64,000 nt of DNA from Octopus sinensis (lineage: Eukaryota). The stretch spans positions 40,052,001 through 40,116,000 of the forward strand of contig NC_042999.1 in NCBI RefSeq assembly GCF_006345805.1. The letters run 5' to 3'. Position 1 is the stretch's first letter. Every line of letters begins with the position of its first letter. Position numbers and translations under genes: made by a program. The notes beneath the pieces were generated by a model. That model worked only from the letters and a program-made list of their open reading frames with translations, made no database searches and was not told the origin of the DNA. Positions 55,727 through 64,000 of this stretch are shown in pieces.

Positions 55727-56452
55727 TCTCCCCCCCTTCTCCCCCTCCCCCTCTTCTCCTCACTACACCACATGACTTTACACATCACATCACATATGAT
55801 GTGCCATACTAATACAACACCCAACTAATACATACTAATACGTACTAATACATACTAGTACATACTAATACTTACACCAACCCTATACATACACACGTCC
55901 AGACCCCGCATACGCACTTATACTCTCTCACACACACACACATACCTATACATACCAATACGTACTAATACATACTAATACATACTAATACATACGCATG
56001 TCCAGACCAATCTTACGCACTAATACTCTCTCATACACACACATACACACACACCCTTATACATACTAATACATACACCAACCCTATACATACACACATC
56101 CAGACCCCTCCCACGCACTTTTAGCTGGTCCCTCAACCCTTTTATCAACCCTATTATCTCCCCTTATTTCGCTCTCGCGTCTCATGTTTGATCTTTGACC
56201 TCTGGCCGAAATCAGATCGCCATGTTGATTCGTTAGCTACTGCACGCATTTTTTTTCTCTCCTTCCTTCTGTGTTTTTCTCTCTCTGTGTATCTTTCTGT
56301 TGAAGAGCGTAGGCTCGAAACGTTAAATACTTGTTTTATTTATATTTCCTGAGCGCCATACTAATACAATTGTTCGTTTGTTTTCCACCTGCCTTCGTCT
56401 TTTGTTTTCCACCTGCCTTCGTCTTTTGTTTATTTTCATAAAGCTTCCCGTT
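55727..56452 (+). repeat. Right pLTR of the same element, ending in (TA)n
   Basis: Matches the left pLTR; carries an extra ~26-bp duplication at about 56379-56428. Confidence 0.95.
56292..56329 (+). ncRNA. Second copy of the variant hammerhead motif
   Basis: Same as 51795 except AAATA for AAAGA in stem I. Confidence 0.55.
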
Positions 56453-56509
56453 ATATATATATATATATATATACACGCACATATATATATATATCTTCTT
56501 TCAGACATT

Positions 56510-56750
56510 AATGTGGAGGCCGTGCTGGGGCACCGCCTTGAAAAATTTTTAATCAAAATTTATCAACCTCAGTACTTAATTTTAAAAGCATGGTACTTTT
56601 TCTATCGTTCTCTTTTGGCGAAACGACAGTGTAAGGGGACGTAAACTCTCCAACATCGATTCCTAAGTCGTGCTCGGGTAGAGAAACACAAATACAAAGG
56701 TACACACACTCACAGACACACAAACACACACACATTCACGCAAGCATATA
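56510..56750 (-). mobile_element. SINE B 3' half, reverse, degenerate
   Basis: ggccgtgctggggcaccgcctt..tctatcgttctcttttggcgaa..aaggggacgtaaac. Confidence 0.7.
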
Positions 56751-56998
56751 CGACAGACATATTTCAGTTTTCTCTCACAAAATACATTCAACACCGAACC
56801 AAGTGGTTGAAGCAAGCTTCTTATTTCAAAGCCACGTTTGCGAACATGCATACACACACATATACACACACACACAAACACACACATACACATATATGCA
56901 TACTTTTATTCTGTTTAGGTTATTTCTACAGACATTCTCTAGAACGTATAATCAGGACTGACTTTTGCTACAACGTTTCGTATCAAGACGTCAGATGT

Positions 56999-57373
56999 GG
57001 CGCAGGAGTGGCTGTGTGGTAAGTAGCTTGCTTATGAACTACATGGTTCCGAGTTCAGTCCCACTGCGTGGCATCTTGGGCAAATGTCTTCTACTATAGC
57101 CTCGGGCCGACTAAAGCCTTGTGAGTGGATTTGGTAGACGGAAACTGAAAGAAGCCTGTCGTATGTATGTATATATGTATATATATATGTATGTGTGTGT
57201 GTTTGTCTATCTGTGTTTGTCCCTCTAGCATTGCTTGACAACCGATGCTGGTTTGTTTACATCCCCGTCACTTAGCGGATCGGCAAAAAGAGACCGATAG
57301 AATAAGTACTGGGCTTACAAAGAATAAGTCCCGGGGTCGATTTGCTGAAACAAGTAAAAGTAAAAGTAAAAGT
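56999..57373 (+). mobile_element. SINE B, near full length
   Basis: High identity to the 43003 copy; (AGTAAA)n tail. Confidence 0.9.
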
Positions 57374-57975
57374 AAGTATGTAAACACAATGTGAGGGAAA
57401 ACAGAAGTGGGTAATGTGTGTATATGCCATATTTTGGGGGTTCTTGCCCCTTTTTCAGCACTCATCTAACCAACTAATGCCACCGAACAAATCGCTTAGA
57501 TAGCCTCTGCATACAACAAGGTTAAGTTATTGGATATACCAATTTACATATTAGACACCTTCCTGCTGCTGTTATGTAAACATTAAAGATGTGTAGGCGC
57601 GCGGTACATTGTTATGCAAACAACTTTAGAAAATCTTTAGAAATAACCTTAACAAATTAATATGACCGCACTGCTGACGCAATAGAATGTGGTAGTCACT
57701 TAAGTATATTGCATTTACATAACGAAGTGCCACGTACGTACAAATCTTTAATAATACATACATTGCTACGTGCATACATTCATTCATATACACATATAAA
57801 CATGCATACACATATATACATACATACATACATAAATACATACATACATATGTATATGCATATCTAAATACACATTTATATAAATGTATATATGCTTTTA
57901 TATCTATGGATACATGTTCGTATATATTCGTATACGTAAACATACATAAAGATATAAACACATACATATATGCAT

Positions 57976-58006
<31 letters not shown>

Positions 58007-58182
58007 AATATTAGGGAATATATCCAAATTTACAGGGAAAAAAAAATCAGATTTAGGATTAATCCAATTTTATAGTAAAATATTATAAAATATTATTTGA
58101 GACAAACCACTATTTTGCAAAACAAACAAACAAGGAAAGACTTAATCAATACATAAAATTTAATAAATAGTCAAAAAAAAAC

Positions 58183-58226
58183 CGCACTACAATCGTTTCT
58201 TGTCTGATCGACAATCTTCAGGTGGA
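58183..58226 (-). ncRNA. Minimal type I hammerhead ribozyme, canonical core
   Basis: Minus: CAC-CTGAAGA-TTGTC(GATCA)GACAA-GAAA-C(GATT)G-TA-GTG; predicted cleavage after GUA at 58188. Confidence 0.7.
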
Positions 58227-58371
58227 CTTCCAATCTAAAAAATCAAAATTTTAAAATATAAAAATAATACTTTTAATAATTAAAGTATAAATGAAAAAAT
58301 ATAAGTATATAATCCATATATAACCTATATATAATCCATATCGAAAATATAGACTAATTACCACGAATTCC

Positions 58372-58406
<35 letters not shown>

Positions 58407-58585
58407 ATGATAAAACAAAACTCTAAAAACATATAACGATAAAATCTCCCTTTGCTAAACTCTATAACAAACCTATAAAGTAAACCCCCTAACCTAAACA
58501 TTCACACACAAATACACACACGTAAACCACAGACTCACGACTTATACACATACCTATACTAACTTATAAACCTCAATATACACCA

Positions 58586-60631
58586 AACCCTCCCTCCCCA
58601 CACAGACAAATTAACACATACATCCCAAAACCTAAATAACAAACCCATATACACATTCACACACAAAACACACACTCACACGCAAAACACTCACACACAA
58701 AAGATACATATACTCCCTCACATATACGCCTATACATACTCACTAAACTCGACATATACAACAATACTTACACACCCACAAAAACATTATATACATTTAT
58801 GAGCTTTACTCACCTTAGCATCTCTAACAAACAACTTGCAGTAACCCAATCCCATTCTCTATGCCTACCTCACTACTACACTATTCCATTCACATTCCAA
58901 GCAACGCTAGTCCACCACCCGGTTATTCACGTGGCAAAACGAACACCACTCAAAAATTATGAATGAAACAATGTAAAAAAATAACCAACACCTAAAATAG
59001 ACAAAATACCACAAATTACCTAAAAAAACCATAATAAACCAAAACTCATAAAAGCATATAACTATAAAATCTCCCTTTGCTAAACCCTATAACAAACTTA
59101 TATAGCAATCCCCCTAACCTAAACATTCACACACAAAAAACCCACACGTAAACCACAGACCCAAGACTTATACACAAACCTATACTAACTTATAAACCTC
59201 AATATACACCAAAAACCACTCCCTCCCTACACAGACAAATTAACACATACATCCCAAATCCTAAATAACAAACCCAAATATACATTCACACACAAACACA
59301 CACACACACAAAACACACATACACAACAGATACATATGCTCCCTCACATATACGCATATACATACTCACTAAAACTCGATATATACAACAATATTTACAC
59401 CCACACTCATACAGATAAATAAATTAATTATACAATTAAAAACTCACAACCAATCTCATATACATAAACACTCTTATGAAAACAACAATAAATACATCGT
59501 AATTAACCAGAATATCAAAAATAACATTATGACATAAGGATAAATCAAATACATACTTACAATTCAGTTACAAATTATGAAGTGAAATTAGATTTTTAGC
59601 CGTTAAAAAACCAAACAAAATTACGTTACCATGGAAATAACTAATGTAAAAAAAGAATACGCGCCATAGAAAGTAAACGTCATTCATAGTATGAATGGAG
59701 AAATATAATAAATGGAACTAAAAACTATTTCCACGTAGCAAACCAACGCTACTTAAAAAAATTTATTATGAATGGATTCTTTAAAAACTATCATGAAAAT
59801 CAATTATATACATTTATGAGCTTTAGCTCACCCTAGCAACTCTAACAAACAACTTACAGTAACCCATACTCAATACCTACCTCATTACCACCCTAATCCA
59901 TTCACAATTCCAAACAACACTAGTCCACCACACGGTTACAATTCCCAACTCTACCCATTCATTCATAATTTCAACGACATTCCCTTCAACAACTCAACAT
60001 ATAAGCCTCAACATATACACCGGAGATACACTTACACATCCGTGCGGATGGGTGAGAGTATACATTAAGTGTAGTGATGGGGCTCCCATTCTAAACACAT
60101 TGTACCTATGTGGTAGTCTCCATGTGTATATTCACGCACGGGTATAAATACAGGGGGTACACGCTCACTTCATTTACGTGTACCCCTCACATGTACATAT
60201 GCATACAATTTTGGCTCGATATATGCAACAATGTAATCGCGCCCGTATGTGTGAGCATTCACTGGTTGTGCAATTCACCCATCTGGGTGTGATTGTGTAA
60301 ACTTATCACTGTGGAGGTCGAGCTTGATACGTATATATTAGTGTGTATTAGGGGTTGTACGTACTAATTATGTTCATGTGCTTCACGCACTTGCGTCCAT
60401 GTATGGAAGAATATATTGGGATTACTATGTAGGTGTAAATAGGGTATGGGGGAGTTTTGTCATTGTATGGGTGTGGGTTTAATTTGTGATGGTGGTTGGG
60501 GATGTATGTTTTTATTATCCATTGGGGCTGGAGTGGCCGTTAGGTGCATATGCTGAGGCTCACATGCAAACCCATGTACAACGAATGAAGTGGGCACTTA
60601 TAATTGTTATGGGTGTGTACTTTATTATAAA
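58586..60631 (-). repeat. Left arm of long inverted repeat (matched part; probably extends to about 57995)
   Basis: 60631 pairs with 61951 and about 58586 pairs with 64000. Confidence 0.97.
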
Positions 60632-60829
60632 TAAGAATAATAATAATAATAAATATAATATATAATATAAATAAAATATATAAATAAAAATAAATTTAAT
60701 AATTATTATAATAATTATATTGATAAATTTAATAATATTAATAATTCCTTAAATGCTGTACATAGATATAATTCTGATAATAATTTTAAAATAAAGAATT
60801 ATAAATATATTTATAATAATGATAAAATA

Positions 60830-61555
60830 ATAAGGTTAATAAGAATAAAATTTGGTTATAGTTCCTTATGGAGATCAAGTTAAAACGAATATTATTAAAG
60901 AGATTTTAGATGTTATAGAACTATTTATTAGAGATAATCGTAAATTAGGAACATTTTCTCTTTTAATAATTTTGGAGTTGGTTACTCTACCACTAATAAT
61001 GTTGGTAACATTATTTCTTCATTTAATAAATATAAACTGAATAATTTTTATAAAAAGAAATTATTTGATAATAATATTAATAATGATAAGACTTATATTA
61101 ATTGTACATGTAGAGATAAATCTAATTGTATATTAAAATAAATTGTGATATTAAAGATGTAGTGTATAAATGTATAGTTACATTACATGATAATAACTTT
61201 AAGAATAATAATTACAATAAAGCGGTTTATATAGGTTCTACTTCCTCAAAAATAAAACTAAGAATTGCACAACATATGAATTCTTTTAAAAATAAAAACT
61301 TAATCAACTCAACCGGACTTAGTAAGTATATTTGGAGTCTTAAATCACTAAATATTAATTATAGTTTAATATGGGAAATAATTTGTAAAACTAAATCATA
61401 TAATAATAGGAGCTAATTGTTGTTATTTATGCTCTAATGAGTTTAAAGAAATTTTATTTTATAAGTATGATAATTTACTTAATACTGGGGAGGAGCGCAA
61501 AATAAAATGTAGACACAAGTTACTTTACTTATATAATAAGTTTCATGATAAATAG
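60830..61555 (+). pseudogene. RT-less PLE C-terminal cassette: thumb/linker + Cys motif + GIY-YIG (Neptune-like)
   Basis: KIW..VPYGDQVKTNI; CTCRDKSNCILK..CDIKDVVYKCIV; AVYIGSTSSKIKLRIAQH; STGLSKYIWSLK; CYLCSNE; LLN..KCRH; stop 61553-61555. Frameshifts; very AT-rich. Confidence 0.85.
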
Positions 61556-61950
61556 CAATATAGTTCCCTTTTAGGTTATTTTAGTTTAAATTAGTTTAGA
61601 TGATATTTTTTTTATGTTGTCTAGGATTTAATTATAGTTAGTCTTTATTGATATTTCTTTGTTTTAATTAGTTCATTTTTAATGTATATTAATTTAGCAG
61701 TTTATGGTACGTTAAAACTTTAATAATTTATATTAGATTTTTTTATTTTTATTTTTATTTTTATTTATTTTATTTTATTATGTATTTTTATTTTGCATTT
61801 GTTATATGTATTTTGAGGATAATTTATATGGGGGTGTTATTTAGTGGTGTTTTTATTGAGTTTTGTATGTATGTGTGAATGTTTAAGATCCCTTTGTTTT
61901 TTGTTTTTTATTTGTAGGTTGAATTGACAGATTTTATTTGGGTATTGTCT

Positions 61951-64000
61951 TTTATAATAAAGTACACACCCATAACAATTATAAGTGCCCACTTCATTCG
62001 TTGTACTGGGTTTGCATGTGAGCCTCAGCATATGCACCTAACGGCCACTCCAGCCCCACATGGATAAAAAACACATACATCCCCAACCACCATCACAAAT
62101 TAAACCCACACCCATACAATGACAAAACTCCCCCATACCCTATTTACACCTACATAGTAATCCCAATATATTCTTCCATACATGGACGCAAGTGCGTGAA
62201 GCACATGAACATAATTAGTACGTACACCCCTAATACACACTAATATATACGTATCAAGCTCGACCTCCACAGTGATAAGTTTACACAATCACACACCCAG
62301 ATGGGTGAATTGCACAACCAGTGAATGCTCACACATACGGGCGCGATTACATTGTTGCATATATCGAGCCAAAATTGTATGCATATGTACATGTGAGGGG
62401 TACACGTAAATGAAGTGAGCGTGTACCCCCTGTATTTATACCCGTGCGTGAATATACACATGGAGACTACCACCAGGTACAAATGTTTTAGAAATGGGAG
62501 CCCCATCACTACACTTAATGTATACTCTCACCCATCCGCACGGATGTGTAAGTGTATCTCCGGTGTATATGTTGAGGCTTATATGTAGTTGTTGAAGGGA
62601 AGTCGTTGAAATTATGAATGAATGGGTAGAGTTGGGAATTGTAACCGTGTGGTGGACTAGTGTTGTTTGGAATTGTGAATGGATTAGGGTGGTAATGAGG
62701 TAGGTATTGAGTATGGTTACTGTAAGTTGTTTGTTAGAGTTGCTAGGGTGAGCTAAAGCTCATAAATGTATATAATTGATTTTTCATGATAGTTTTTAAA
62801 GAATCCATTCATAATAAATTTTTTTAAGTAGCGTTGGTTTGCTACGTGGAAATAGTTTTTAGTTCCATTTATTATATTTCTCCATTCATACTATGAATGA
62901 CGTTTACTTTCTATGGCGCGTATTCTTTTTTTACATTAGTTATTTCCATGGTAACGTAATTTTGTTTGGTTTTTTAACGGCTAAAAATCTAATTTCACTT
63001 CATAATTTGTAACTGAATTGTAAGTATGTATTTGATTTATCCTTATGTCATAATGTTATTTTTGATATTCTGGTTAATTACGATGTATTTATTGTTGTTT
63101 TCATAAGAGTGTTTATGTATATGAGATTGGTTGTGAGTTTTTAATTGTATAATTAATTTATTTATCTGTATGAGTGTGGGTGTAAATATTGTTGTATATA
63201 TCGAGTTTTAGTGAGTATGTATATGCGTATATGTGAGGGAGCATATGTATCTGTGTGTGTATGTGTGTTTGTGTGTGTGTGTGTTTGTGTGTGAATGTGT
63301 ATTTGGGTTTGTTATTTAGGATTTGGGATGTATGTGTTAATTTGTCTGTGTGGGGAGGGAGTGGTTTTTGGTGTATATTGAGGTTTATAAGTTAGTATAG
63401 GTTTGTGTATAAGTCTTGGGTCTGTGGTTTACGTGTGGTTTTTTGTGTGTGAATGTTTAGGTTAGGGGGATTGCTATATAAGTTTGTTATAGGGTTTAGC
63501 AAAGGGAGATTTTATCGTTATATGCTTTTATGAGTTTTGGTTTATCATGGTTTTTTTAGGTAATTTGTGGTATTTTGTCTATTTTAGGTGTTGGTTATTT
63601 TTTTACATTGTTTCATTCATAATTTTTGAGTGGTGTTCGTTTTGCCACGTGAATAACCGGGTGGTGGACTAGCGTTGCTTGGAATGTGAATGGAATAGTG
63701 TAGTAGTGAGGTAGGCATAGAGAATGGGATTGGGTTACTGCAAGTTGTTTGTTAGAGATGCTAAGGTGAGTTAAAGCTCATAAATGTATATAATGTTTTT
63801 TGTGGGTGTGTAAGTATTGTTGTATATGTCGAGTTTAGTGAGTATTATATAGGCGTATATGTGAGGGAGTATATGTATCTTTTGTGTGTGAGTGTTTTGC
63901 GTGTGAGTGTGTGTTTTTTGTGTGTGAATGTGTATATGGGTTTGTTATTTAGGTTTTGGGATGTATGTGTTAATTTGTCTGTGTGGGGAGGGAGTGGGTT
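61951..64000 (+). repeat. Right arm of long inverted repeat, truncated by window end
   Basis: Reverse complement of 58586-60631 with scattered substitutions and indels. Confidence 0.97.

Noticed and set aside
57459-57520. Exon after a good acceptor
   Set aside because: Stops in all three frames and a weak donor.
58374-58404. A31 tract as a retroposition tail
   Set aside because: The paralogous unit at about 59020 has cct-A8-ccat in the same context, so it is an expanded internal homopolymer.
58586-64000. Long inverted repeat as a fold-back read chimera
   Set aside because: There is a unique 1.3-kb coding spacer and the arms differ by substitutions; still worth confirming with reads.

Overview
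AT-rich, microsatellite-dense metazoan DNA, most likely intronic/intergenic sequence of an octopod cephalopod (inferred from two recurring tRNA-derived SINE families and the TA/CA/GATA microsatellite density; not verified). No intact host protein-coding gene is recognisable, and almost all listed ORFs are microsatellite or transposon artefacts; only a few weak candidate exons and promoter-like spots were seen. Mobile DNA dominates: decayed Tc1/mariner copies (DD34E, DD34D, DD37D), two RLE-type non-LTR fragments (R4/Dong-like, HERO-like), many SINEs, a ~710 bp foldback element with a telomere-like core, and at least four Penelope-like elements (PLEs). Highlights: (1) a near full-length C-rich RT+GIY-YIG PLE (52.6-55.4 kb) between ~730 bp direct pLTRs, each carrying a minimal hammerhead ribozyme fold with a non-canonical CUGUUGA core; (2) an RT-less GIY-YIG cassette (60.8-61.6 kb) enclosed by inverted repeats of at least 2.05 kb that run off the window, with a canonical-core hammerhead just distal to the matched left arm. 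Repeat boundaries are approximate and were set by eye.
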